DNA of 64,000 nucleotides from positions 2,496,001 through 2,560,000 of the forward strand of contig CBDETY010000003.1 in the NCBI GenBank assembly GCA_965243025.1, written 5' to 3'. The notes beneath the pieces were generated by a model. It was not told where the DNA came from and searched no databases. It saw only the letters and a list, made by a program, of their open reading frames with translations. Source of the stretch: Candidatus Latescibacterota bacterium (GTDB lineage Bacteria > Latescibacterota > UBA2968 > UBA8231). Position numbers and translations under genes: made by a program. Below are positions 55,125 to 64,000 of the stretch, in pieces; the first letter of the stretch is position 1, and each line of letters starts with the position of its first letter.

Positions 55125-58100
55125 CTAGTCCAGCAACCCGCCGAGCGCCGATGCGGCTTCCCAGGCGGTGTCAGACTCGGCGAGCTGTTGGCGCTGGGTA
55201 CCCGTGAGCCACCTGGTCCGGGTTCCTGTAGCGTCGCGAGTGACCGCGAGGACATGGTCGATCTGTTCGGCAACCGCCCGGACGTGGGAGATCACTCCCA
55301 CCATGCGTCCCCTGGCCGCGACCGTTCCCAGCGCCTGGATGGCGGCGTCGAGGTTGTTGCGGTCCAGCGACCCGAATCCCTCGTCGAGGAAAAGCGATTC
55401 CAGCCTTCCACCGCTGCGCGCCATCATCTCCACCATGCCGAGAGCGAGAGAAAGTGAGGCGATGAACTGCTCCCCTCCGGAAAGGCTCGCTGGGGAGCGC
55501 GCCTGTCCGGAATCCCGATCGAGGACCCGCCACCGCTCTTCCGTTTCTCCGGGGTCGACGAAAGCGTACTTGCCTGCGCTCATCTCATCGAGGAGGCGGG
55601 AGGCATGGACCAGCAGCCGTCGTGACCTCCGCAGGGTCAGCCATTTCAGGAAAGCCCCTGGTTTGAGGGCATCCTCGAGGTCGGCGAGCGCTCGTTCCCT
55701 TTCCTCGACTTCCGCGAGCAGCGCGCGGAGTCCCAGGACGTCATCGATGATCGCCGAGAAACGGTCTGCCGACTCCCTTGTGCGGCGCTCCTGGAAGCCG
55801 GCATCGTTCGCGCGGTTACCTGCGGTTTCCACGATTGCATCCAGGTCGCGGACGTCGAGCTCCGGGTCGAGCCGTTCTGCGATCGCCGCGAGCTCCGCAC
55901 GGGCGCTTACCACCCTGTCGGAAGCCTCTTGCAATTGCCGATTCGCGGCGCGAACTGCCTCCGCCGTCATGGCTCGAAGCGCGTCGATGTTTCCCTGCAG
56001 CGCCTCGACGTCACGCTCATAAACCACTGGCGGAACCTCTGCTTCGAGCCCCAACCGACTGACCGACTCTACAAGGACGTCGCGGTGTGCAGTGAGGTCG
56101 CGGACGATCTCTTCGAGCGGTGCTTCTACTTCCTCGCCTCGCCGGCTCTCCAGGACCGATCGCGCGTTGCGTACATCGGCCAGCTCCACCTCCAACCGTT
56201 GTCGTTCGGAGTCCCGTTCCGCCAAAACTTGTGCCCGCTCCCGTGCCGAGTCCGTCTGCGCGTCCACCGGACTTGCGTCCACCTGGACCAGATCGGCGGG
56301 GTCGTCGGGCAGATCGAGTGATGGCCGGTATGCCGGTGGCACGGTACGAACCGCCTCCCTCAGCCGCTCCAGAGCATCGCCCGCCGCCGTACGCGCGTGT
56401 TCGACCAACTTACCGGCGTTGGCCGCCTCCGTACGGGCGACGGTAGCGGCTGTCTCCTTGCGGGTCGCTTCCAAGCGAAGTTCCTCTGTTTCCCGCTCGT
56501 GCTCCGCCAGCCGACCCTCTGCTTCAGTGCAGGCGGACTCGAATGGGGCGAGCAAGGCACCGCGCTTGGGTACGGGCGCCTGTTCACCAAAATCGACGTG
56601 CCGGGCAAGCTCCTGGCGCGCCTCCGTCAGCATCGTTCGGGCTCCAGCGAATCGATCTTCGGAATCCGCGATCTGGCGCTCGATCCCCGCCTGTTCCGTA
56701 CCGAGCCTGGTAACCGCCTGCTCCGCTTGGCGAGCAGCCTGGCGCGAAGCTTCGGCTATCTGCTCCGCTTCGTTCAGCAGGGCTCCCTCGGGGGGCTCCC
56801 AGTCGCCCGGAAGGTCGCGGCGGCAGATCGGGCACTCGTCGCCGGAATGCAGGCCGTGGGCGGCGGACGCAGCCGACTCCGATCGTCTCGCCTCCTCCAG
56901 ATGCTCCTGGGCCTCCGCGGCCGTCCCGCTGGCGCGCCGTTCCTCCTCCTGAGCGGATTCCAAGCGCTGCACGCACGCGGCTTCTTCCGTCCGGAGCATT
57001 TCAAGCTGCTTCCGGGCTTCGTCCAGAACGGTCCCCCGTTCTTCGTGCAGGGAGTACTTCTGGTCGACCTCTGTGCGGCGTTCCTGCGCGCTGTCGACTG
57101 CTTCGGTGAGTGGACCTCGTTTTTCGGCATGCCCTTCCGCCCTTTCCCCGGCCCGCTCAGCCTCATAAGTCAGGTGTTGCGCATGGGCATGTTTGCGCGA
57201 GGCCGCTTTGTCTGCGGCGCGAAATCCCCGGGATGCGTTTTCGCTGTCCGCGACCAGGCGGCCCATGCCCCCCAACGCCGTCAGGGCCGCCGCCACTTCC
57301 CCGCTCGTGGGACCGTCGTCCGAGGGGATGCGCGCCAGCTCATCCTCCAGGTTTTCCTGCCGTTGTTTAAGGACGGCTTCTTCTTCCCCGAGCTGCCGTT
57401 CAATCGCGGCGATCGGCGCCAGCCTGCGGGCCGCCCCTTCGGTATCCAGGGCGCGCATCCGTTCGATGACACCTGAGGCCGTTTGCTGCACCTCTTCAGC
57501 GGCAAGAACGGTAACGCGTGCGGTGATTGCGGCCCGTTCGTCCCCGGATGCAGCGGCGGCAAGATCGCGGGCTTCGGCGAAGGCCTCCTGAAGCTTCTCC
57601 AGGTGCCTTTCCGGATCTTCGGGATGAAGTGAAGCCTCATGCTCCAGCCGGACCCGCAAGTCGTGAGTTCCCTGGCGTGCCTGGCCTGCGAGCGTCCCCG
57701 CCTCTTCGAGCTCGTCGGTGCGCCAGACCTGCCGGAGGATCTGGCTCCGGACCCCCGGCTCGTCCTCTACCAGCAAGCGGGCGAAACGGCCTTGCGGAAG
57801 AACGACCGTGCGGAGAAACGCGCTGCTGTCGAGCCCGAGGAGATCCTCGATGCGCTCGTTGACGCGCCGGACCTGCTCAATCTGCTCGACCGTCGCGTCG
57901 TCGTCATCGATGCTTCGAAGCAGCGCGCGAACCTGCCCGACGTCCCCCTGGCCGCCGCGGCGCAGGGTTCGGGCCACCTCCCATGTCTCGCCCGACACCC
58001 GGAACCGGAGCACGACCCTCAGATGGGTCGAAGTGTCGTTCATCAGCTCCTGGTTCACCTGGGACGCGAATGTCGTCTGCCCGTACAGGGCATAGGTGAT

Positions 58101-58232
58101 CGCCTCCAGGATGGAGGACTTTCCCGCACCGGTATCTCCGACGATTGCGACATGGTCCCGCCCGGTGAAGTCGATGGACTCCGGGGCCCTGAACGACCGC
58201 AGCCCTTCGACGGTGAGCTTGAGTGGGCGCAT
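55125..58232 (-). CDS. sbcC: SbcC/Rad50 SMC-family ATPase
   Basis: Walker A GDTGAGKSS, Q-loop LPQG, coiled coil with central CPIC zinc hook, LSGGE signature, LFLDEGFGSLD, VISH. Confidence 0.93.
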   Translation of the reverse strand: MRPLKLTVEGLRSFRAPESIDFTGRDHVAIVGDTGAGKSSILEAITYALYGQTTFASQVNQELMNDTSTHLRVVLRFRVSGETWEVARTLRRGGQGDVGQVRALLRSIDDDDATVEQIEQVRRVNERIEDLLGLDSSAFLRTVVLPQGRFARLLVEDEPGVRSQILRQVWRTDELEEAGTLAGQARQGTHDLRVRLEHEASLHPEDPERHLEKLQEAFAEARDLAAAASGDERAAITARVTVLAAEEVQQTASGVIERMRALDTEGAARRLAPIAAIERQLGEEEAVLKQRQENLEDELARIPSDDGPTSGEVAAALTALGGMGRLVADSENASRGFRAADKAASRKHAHAQHLTYEAERAGERAEGHAEKRGPLTEAVDSAQERRTEVDQKYSLHEERGTVLDEARKQLEMLRTEEAACVQRLESAQEEERRASGTAAEAQEHLEEARRSESAASAAHGLHSGDECPICRRDLPGDWEPPEGALLNEAEQIAEASRQAARQAEQAVTRLGTEQAGIERQIADSEDRFAGARTMLTEARQELARHVDFGEQAPVPKRGALLAPFESACTEAEGRLAEHERETEELRLEATRKETAATVARTEAANAGKLVEHARTAAGDALERLREAVRTVPPAYRPSLDLPDDPADLVQVDASPVDAQTDSARERAQVLAERDSERQRLEVELADVRNARSVLESRRGEEVEAPLEEIVRDLTAHRDVLVESVSRLGLEAEVPPVVYERDVEALQGNIDALRAMTAEAVRAANRQLQEASDRVVSARAELAAIAERLDPELDVRDLDAIVETAGNRANDAGFQERRTRESADRFSAIIDDVLGLRALLAEVEERERALADLEDALKPGAFLKWLTLRRSRRLLVHASRLLDEMSAGKYAFVDPGETEERWRVLDRDSGQARSPASLSGGEQFIASLSLALGMVEMMARSGGRLESLFLDEGFGSLDRNNLDAAIQALGTVAARGRMVGVISHVRAVAEQIDHVLAVTRDATGTRTRWLTGTQRQQLAESDTAWEAASALGGLLD

Positions 58233-58233
58233 T

Positions 58234-59508
58234 TCAGCCCCTGCTGGAGTCCCGGACCGAGGCCAGGCGGTCGAGGATCTCCTGCGTACTCGATGCGAGC
58301 GGAGTCAGCCCGAAATCGGGTCTCGTTTCCTGACCCACACCGCCCAACGCCTGCGAAAAGAGCGTGGCCACGGTATCGTGCGGCGCCCTGATCCCGCGCG
58401 CCCCGGTTGTACGCCACTCCATGAACAGGTCCTCGAGTTCAGGTTCTTCCTGACTTTCCGAATCCGGGTCTATTGCCGTTACCGGCTGGTTCTCAATGAC
58501 ATTGACGATTTCGAAAACCGCGCAGTTCGGCGACCATTCCGCCAGCCGGTCCGCCAGGTCCGGAATCGGATCGCCGGAAACCACCCGCGCCTTCAGGATG
58601 CACTCGTCGAAACCCCCGTTTGCGGCGCAATCCTCAAGTTCCGCCAGGGTGCCGGCAAACTCTTCGAGGGGCCGTCCGCACGGCAGGCCGCGGGTGTCCA
58701 CCTGCACGCCCTCACCGATCGTCACCAGCACCGCCTGCTTGGTCTGCTCGCGCTCGCCGAAGTCCAATGGGATCAGCGAGCCGGCGTACCGTCCTTGCGC
58801 CTGTCCTCCGGGCAGGAGCTGCGCGTCATGAAGGTGTCCGAAGGCGCAGTACAACGCCCGCTGGAGCCCTTCGACGTGCGTGGCGTAGTCCTCCCCCACG
58901 GTTATCCGCCGTTCCGATCTGCCGGGCCGGGCGTCATGCACGAACAGGTGGGCAGCGTAGAGGACGATCCCCCGTTTGCCCGCGCGCTGATGCGCTTCAT
59001 CGAGCAGACCCTCGTTGATGGTCCTGATGCCGTCGGCGTAGATGCCCTCGAACAGGGACGGATCGCCGGTCGCGTAGTCGGCGATGGCGCTGGGTGCGAT
59101 GAACGGAACGCATGCCACGGCGACCGGCACCTCGGCGACCTTTGGATACTCCGGGGCGTCGGGATACTCAACCACCCCGGGCCGGGTAATCAGCCGCAGC
59201 CGCCTGGGGCTGGCCGCCCCTGCAAGCTCGTCGATCACCCGCAGCAGAACGGACGAGTCGTGATTGCCCGCCAGCACCAGCGTCGGTGCGATCGCCGCCA
59301 GGCGCTTCAGCGCCTTGACGCCGAGCTCCAGCGCCTCATGGGGAGGACGCGAGGCGTCGAAGAGATCCCCGGTGTGCAGGATCAGGTCCGGTTCCGCAGA
59401 CTCTGCAAGGTCGAGAAGTCCGCGGAGGGCCTCCACCTGGTCGGGGGTGCGGTCGTGCCGGCCGAGCTTCGCCCCCAGGTGCCAGTCGGAGGTGTGAAGC
59501 AGCTTCAC
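58234..59508 (-). CDS. sbcD: SbcD/Mre11 metallophosphoesterase nuclease
   Basis: HTSDWHLG, GDLFD, GNHD, AAHL, FGHLH, YAGS. GTG start overlaps the herA stop. Confidence 0.93.
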   Translation of the reverse strand: MKLLHTSDWHLGAKLGRHDRTPDQVEALRGLLDLAESAEPDLILHTGDLFDASRPPHEALELGVKALKRLAAIAPTLVLAGNHDSSVLLRVIDELAGAASPRRLRLITRPGVVEYPDAPEYPKVAEVPVAVACVPFIAPSAIADYATGDPSLFEGIYADGIRTINEGLLDEAHQRAGKRGIVLYAAHLFVHDARPGRSERRITVGEDYATHVEGLQRALYCAFGHLHDAQLLPGGQAQGRYAGSLIPLDFGEREQTKQAVLVTIGEGVQVDTRGLPCGRPLEEFAGTLAELEDCAANGGFDECILKARVVSGDPIPDLADRLAEWSPNCAVFEIVNVIENQPVTAIDPDSESQEEPELEDLFMEWRTTGARGIRAPHDTVATLFSQALGGVGQETRPDFGLTPLASSTQEILDRLASVRDSSRG

Positions 59509-61328
59509 AGATCAACCCGGGGACCGTCCAGGGCTTCGAGGTTCCCCTCGATCCGGCGCACCTGTGCCTGCTGGCCCTCGTGGTCGGACACGGCTTCATC
59601 CGGGTTGGTCGCGAACGGCGGGAAGGGAAAACGGATCGGGATCGGCTCCGGCACTATGGGCTGGGACGCAACCATTGTTCCCGGCATGAAGCGGGTGGCG
59701 CGGTCGCGCAGCGCCGGAGTGAGGAACCGGTACGCCTCGGACTCGCTGGCATCCAGCCGCCCGGCGACCTTCAGCGAGGCGTTGCGGGGAAGCGCCTGGG
59801 CCACTGCGGAGGCTGCCTGCTGCGCGCCGATCAGCAGCACTCCCAGAGAGCGGCCGCGTTCGGCGATATCCACAAGGAGTTCCTTCAGGGGGGAGAATCC
59901 CTGGGCCGGGGCGTACTTGTTGAGCTCGTCGAGCACCACGAAGCGCAACGGCAGGCGGCCGGTGCCCTGCTTCTCGCGCCAGATCCGTTCCAGCAGCGCG
60001 CCCACAACGAAGCGCTGGGCGTCGTCGTGGAGGGTCGAGATGTCGACGACATGGAGCTTCGCGTTCTCCGACGAGACCGGCTCGAGACCACACCCGATCA
60101 GGGGGCCGATATGGCGGCGAAGCCGTAAGAGCCTCCGGAGAAATGCCTGCCGTGTGCCCTGCTGTGTGCGGCCGAACCACTCGTCGAGCACCGCCTCGTC
60201 CTCCTCGGAGGCGACGCCTTCCAACAGGTCGATGAGGTCGCCGAAGTCACGGACCAGATGCCCGGCCCCCGAGGCCACCTGATCGGGTTCTCGTTCGGCG
60301 AGGCGGTCGGGGTTGTAGCTGGTGTTGGGAGGTACTGCATGGGCGATCACCACAGCTCCGGAGGAGTCTCCTTCCAGCCTCCGGAGCCGCCGCAGGAGCT
60401 GAATCCGGACCTGCTGCTCCACGAAGCCGACCTGGGTAAAACGCTCGTCTTCGGATGTGAAGCAGAACTGCAGGAGCTGCTCGCGGATGAACTGCTCCGG
60501 AGTCCAGCCGTAGGGGTTCACGTCCGCGGTATTGCGGGTCCTGACGTTGGAGACGGCATTCTGCGACGCACCGGATTGGCGGGGAGCGTATAGACGGACC
60601 GACCGGAACGGCCCGGGATTATCAATGCCCAGGGCGTGCCATTTTTCGATCTCTTCCGGTTTTTCGGGAAACTCGGCGTTGATGCGGTCCAGGTGGAGGA
60701 GATCCTCACCTTTTGTATTGAATACGAGCGCCCGGACGCTTTCCCGCCCGGCCCTCCCTCCCAGCAGATCCATGCCTTGCCCGGTCTCCAGGAGTTGGTA
60801 GAGCAGGAACAAGGCATAGGAGGTCTTCGTAGCGACTCCCGAAATCCCCGAGATCGAGACGTGACCTCCCGAACGCCCATCGACGAAGCGCATGTCGGCA
60901 TATACGGGAGTCCCTCCCAGGTCGAGGCCCAGGGGCAGCTTGCCGCGGGTCATCTCGTCCTCGAAGAGGGCGACCTCCCGGTGTTCTCCCGCTGCGAGTG
61001 CCACCACCGCCCCTGCGTTTGGAGCGAGGAAAAGTTCGGGCCGCACCCGCAGTACACGTACCTCCGCTCTCCGAACGAGCTCCGCGGGAAGGGTCCGGTC
61101 GATGACGCGGCCAGTGTCGGAGGGAAGCTCGGCCCCCTCGAAGCGGGAAAGCAGCTCGGTGACAATGCCGTAGTGGATCACCTCCCGCCCGTCGGGAAGC
61201 TCGGTGGAAACGGTGACCAGCTCGTCGAGCTGGATTACCGTGTCCGCGTCCAGCACGACATGGAACGTCCTGGAGTCGCTGTCCACCGAGCCGTCGACCA
61301 GCCCGATGCGTTTGGACTCACCGCTCAT
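59505..61328 (-). CDS. herA: HerA-family (FtsK/HerA) ATPase/DNA translocase
   Basis: N-terminal HAS-barrel-like region, variant P-loop HVSISGISGVATKTSY, Walker B VVLDELNKYAP, ERGRSLGVLLIGAQQ. Confidence 0.85.
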   Translation of the reverse strand: MSGESKRIGLVDGSVDSDSRTFHVVLDADTVIQLDELVTVSTELPDGREVIHYGIVTELLSRFEGAELPSDTGRVIDRTLPAELVRRAEVRVLRVRPELFLAPNAGAVVALAAGEHREVALFEDEMTRGKLPLGLDLGGTPVYADMRFVDGRSGGHVSISGISGVATKTSYALFLLYQLLETGQGMDLLGGRAGRESVRALVFNTKGEDLLHLDRINAEFPEKPEEIEKWHALGIDNPGPFRSVRLYAPRQSGASQNAVSNVRTRNTADVNPYGWTPEQFIREQLLQFCFTSEDERFTQVGFVEQQVRIQLLRRLRRLEGDSSGAVVIAHAVPPNTSYNPDRLAEREPDQVASGAGHLVRDFGDLIDLLEGVASEEDEAVLDEWFGRTQQGTRQAFLRRLLRLRRHIGPLIGCGLEPVSSENAKLHVVDISTLHDDAQRFVVGALLERIWREKQGTGRLPLRFVVLDELNKYAPAQGFSPLKELLVDIAERGRSLGVLLIGAQQAASAVAQALPRNASLKVAGRLDASESEAYRFLTPALRDRATRFMPGTMVASQPIVPEPIPIRFPFPPFATNPDEAVSDHEGQQAQVRRIEGNLEALDGPRVDL

Positions 61329-61361
61329 ACTGCAATCTTCCCTTCCATCTTTCTCTCGCGC

Positions 61362-62321
61362 TCACGCCGGCCGCGACTCGCGATTCAACTCCATCACGGC
61401 CGCGCGCACTGCGCGCAAGGCCAGGCGCGGATCTCCCTGCAAATGGTGCAGATGCCGCTCCAGGCCGGCAATCGGCGTCATGTTGACCGGCGCGCGTTCA
61501 TCCCGGTGCGGGGCGGAAGCGAACGCCGGAAGCCAGCTCGCCGCGGCATCCGCCGTTTCCACCGCCAATCTCTGCCCGACTCCGGCCGGCACCTCGAGCC
61601 GCACGATCCCCGCCCACGGACTGGCCCAGGGTCCAGGCAGGCCGACCCGCAGGTAGCAGCCGTAGAGGTCGTCGCGCATGGCGAACAGACCGGAGCGCTC
61701 CCCCGAGGACAATTGCGGTACCCGGGACCACGCCTCGGGCTCCAGCATCGGGCGGTGATGGGTCTTCACGTAGCCGATGACGGGGAGCGTGCGCGTGCGC
61801 CGGATATGGTGCAGCGGTCCGTCGATGACCGTGAGCCAGTCCCGAATCGAGAGTCCCTCGGCAATGGCTGCCTCGGTATCGCGCATCCGCCAGCGCAGGC
61901 GGTCGCGGGCAGCCTCGAGTTCGGTGCTGGTGATCGAGTCCGCCTCCCAGCGCCACCCGCCGGACTGCGGCGGCAGCTCGACCCGGTGACCGTCGGTGAA
62001 GATCGCCGTCCGACCCACCCCGACCTGATCGAAGCGCAGCGGCTCCTCCCCCTCTGCCAGTACCGCACCGGCCCCCCAGCTTCCCGCCAGGCCGGTCACC
62101 GTTCCCCGCTCATCGGTACGGGTCAGGCGGGCCTCGATACGCATGGTGCCGTCGACGAACGCCAATCGTCGGGGGCGTTGCGTCTCGACTGGCCGATGGC
62201 TGCGGAACAGACCATCATCCTCCACCAGTTTGCAAGCTTGAGCTTCTGAAGAATCGATGCGGACCTGAAAGGCGCCTCCGAACCCGGTATCGAACGGCTC
62301 AACTCCGATGGTACTGTTCAA
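61362..62321 (-). CDS. nurA: NurA-family nuclease (RNase H-like fold)
   Basis: AFVDGT and VIDGPL acidic motifs, IGYVKT, VRLE, RAPVN..PIAGLERHL. Directly upstream of herA. Confidence 0.75.
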   Translation of the reverse strand: MNSTIGVEPFDTGFGGAFQVRIDSSEAQACKLVEDDGLFRSHRPVETQRPRRLAFVDGTMRIEARLTRTDERGTVTGLAGSWGAGAVLAEGEEPLRFDQVGVGRTAIFTDGHRVELPPQSGGWRWEADSITSTELEAARDRLRWRMRDTEAAIAEGLSIRDWLTVIDGPLHHIRRTRTLPVIGYVKTHHRPMLEPEAWSRVPQLSSGERSGLFAMRDDLYGCYLRVGLPGPWASPWAGIVRLEVPAGVGQRLAVETADAAASWLPAFASAPHRDERAPVNMTPIAGLERHLHHLQGDPRLALRAVRAAVMELNRESRPA

Positions 62322-62411
62322 GTCGGTCCATTCTCCCCTGGTTGCGTGCCGTTCGGCCGACCGATCTCCCTGGTGGGTCTCACGCCTGTCTTCGAGACCA
62401 AACGACTCTGC

Positions 62412-63587
62412 TCAGGCCGCGGTCTGGAAAGGCTTCCAGTCCTCGCCGGCGGCCGCGGCCTGGCGCTCCAGCTCGCTGCGCCAGCCTACCACCTCCCCGG
62501 ACTTGATGCGGTTGATGTCGAAACCGGCGTAGCGGTCCTCGAGCGTGTCCCCCAGCCTCTGCGATTCCGCCCAGCGGTCCCAGCCGGTCTTCATCCACTC
62601 GTGGGGCAGGGCCTCGCGCACCACCGGGTCGAGCTGCCAGGCGTGGCGGGCGTCCGCAACCGCCGGCTCCCCGGTAAACGGGCCCTTCCACTTCGACCAG
62701 CCGATCGACAGGGTGTTGCGCTCGCGGTCGGGGCGGGTGTGACCGGTGTGGATCGTCGCCCCGTTGCGGATCAGGGCCTCGCCGGCTTTCAGCCGGATCG
62801 CCACCTGCCCCGGGAGCGGATCCTCGCCGTTCCAGCTGGGGGTGTAGGGCACCCCCTGGTCCTTCATCTTCTGCGGCAGGAGGACGTCGTGCTCGAGCGG
62901 GGTCCGCCAGCGCTCGTGGCTTCCGGGCACGAGCTCGTGGGCGGCGTCGTCGGCCAGCGCCAGGAACATGCTGACGCCGTCCCGCTCCTCGATGGACCGG
63001 GCGTTGTCGGCGCGGATCTCCTCCCAGCGGATTCTCTCAACCTCCTCCGAGTAGTCCTCCGGGGTGTCCCCGCGGACCTCCCGCTGCGCGAGGTAGCCCT
63101 TCCCCGTCCCCCACCAGGTCGCGTCCCGGTGCCAGCCCAGCTTGTTCTCGTAGCCCCGGGGGTTGCACCACAGCAGCATCCCCCCCAACGCCATGTCCTC
63201 CGGCCCGAGCCCGTGGCACCAGGAGGCGGCGAAGGCGAGGGCCTCGGGGGAGCCGTGAAACTCCGCGAAGTCAGGCTCGCCGAAGGCGGGGTGGATGAGG
63301 CCGCGGATCGCCCACGGCTCCTCCTCCCTGGCGCGGTGCACGTACCCCTTCGAGCTGTCGATCCTGCTGTAGCCGTGCTCCGGCCTGACGGCCTCGGTGA
63401 TACGGCGGCCCGCTTCCCGGAGGACGGGTATCCAGGGGCTGCCGACGAAGTCGTTGATGATGACGAACCCGTGCTCCTTCAGGTGGGCGAGCCTCTCGGG
63501 GGTAGCCCCGGGAGCGGTGAGCTCCGGCCTGAAATCGGCGAAGCCGGCCTGGTACGGCGACGACTGCGGCTGATCGTTCATTTTCAT
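62412..63587 (-). CDS. Phytanoyl-CoA dioxygenase (PhyH) family Fe(II)/2OG enzyme
   Basis: LKEHGFVII, WHRD (HxD), LVPGSH, LKAGEALI, IHTG. AAAGGAG RBS. Confidence 0.85.
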   Translation of the reverse strand: MKMNDQPQSSPYQAGFADFRPELTAPGATPERLAHLKEHGFVIINDFVGSPWIPVLREAGRRITEAVRPEHGYSRIDSSKGYVHRAREEEPWAIRGLIHPAFGEPDFAEFHGSPEALAFAASWCHGLGPEDMALGGMLLWCNPRGYENKLGWHRDATWWGTGKGYLAQREVRGDTPEDYSEEVERIRWEEIRADNARSIEERDGVSMFLALADDAAHELVPGSHERWRTPLEHDVLLPQKMKDQGVPYTPSWNGEDPLPGQVAIRLKAGEALIRNGATIHTGHTRPDRERNTLSIGWSKWKGPFTGEPAVADARHAWQLDPVVREALPHEWMKTGWDRWAESQRLGDTLEDRYAGFDINRIKSGEVVGWRSELERQAAAAGEDWKPFQTAA

Positions 63588-63733
63588 ACTCTCCTTTGAC
63601 TGTAACCCACAGGAAATGATTCAACCCCAGTTTGGGGACTCCAATCTGTTGGACCGAACGAGTCGATAGAAGGCTTCCTCCACCCCTGATCTGCCGCCCC
63701 TTCCCATCCTTTCCCCGCCTGATCCGGCAAACC

Positions 63734-64000
63734 TCAAAACCGCGTATGCTCGAAGCGGGCGAACCGCGTCTCGACCCCCAGCTTTTCCGCCTCCTCGACG
63801 AGCGCCCGGATGTGGCCGTCGCTCATCGGGATCCCTTTCTCCCGGTTTTCCCGCTCCCACATCCACTCGTTGCCGCCGGCCAGCTCCGCCCGAACCATGC
63901 CGGGCGCGGGCCGGGTCCGGCGGGCAGAGCCGATGAAGCGATCCATTTCGCTCTTCAACTCCTCAACCGGCATGAAGTGGGCGACGTTGACGACGGCGAT
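63734..64000 (-). CDS. Ldh_2 family (type-2 malate/L-lactate dehydrogenase-like) oxidoreductase, C-terminal fragment
   Basis: IAVVNVAHFMPVEELKSEMDRFI...PAPG....LAGGNEW..ERENREKGIPM resembles the Ldh_2 C-terminus. The frame is open to the window edge. Confidence 0.7.
   Translation of the reverse strand: MAVVNVAHFMPVEELKSEMDRFIGSARRTRPAPGMVRAELAGGNEWMWERENREKGIPMSDGHIRALVEEAEKLGVETRFARFEHTRF

Noticed and set aside
54923-62411. Integrative element or prophage boundaries around the nurA-sbcC cassette
   Set aside because: No integrase, tRNA or convincing flanking direct repeats were found by eye.

Overview
High-GC bacterial genomic window with about 42 protein-coding genes. I found no rRNA, tRNA, CRISPR array or transposase. 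The gene content (FG-GAP/ASPIC-UnbV proteins, DUF6785-type membrane proteins, FlgD-Ig C-terminal proteins, a C-terminal TAVE..W..IK tag, PhyH dioxygenases, orphan sugar ABC sets) suggests a Latescibacterota/Gemmatimonadota/Poribacteria-like organism; this is inference. Main blocks: (1) 4-30 kb, a cell-envelope locus. A minus-strand operon encodes a CBM9-like secreted protein, four discoidin + FlgD/T9SS-type-B-like CTD proteins, a putative outer-membrane beta-barrel and a double-PpiC lipoprotein foldase. It is flanked on both sides by CRTAC1-like proteins and a DUF6785-like membrane protein, and a fifth orphan paralog lies at 51.6 kb. (2) 30-55 kb, catabolic genes: CocE, PLP enzymes, two ABC sets, two SelA/DgaE-like enzymes, a DHDPS-like lyase, a heptaheme cytochrome and an apparent triple-RidA protein. 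(3) Two copies of a 168-bp palindromic MITE-like element sitting on stop codons. (4) An archaeal-style nurA-herA-sbcD(mre11)-sbcC(rad50) operon at 55-62 kb. All family calls are from motifs read by eye; no database searches were run.
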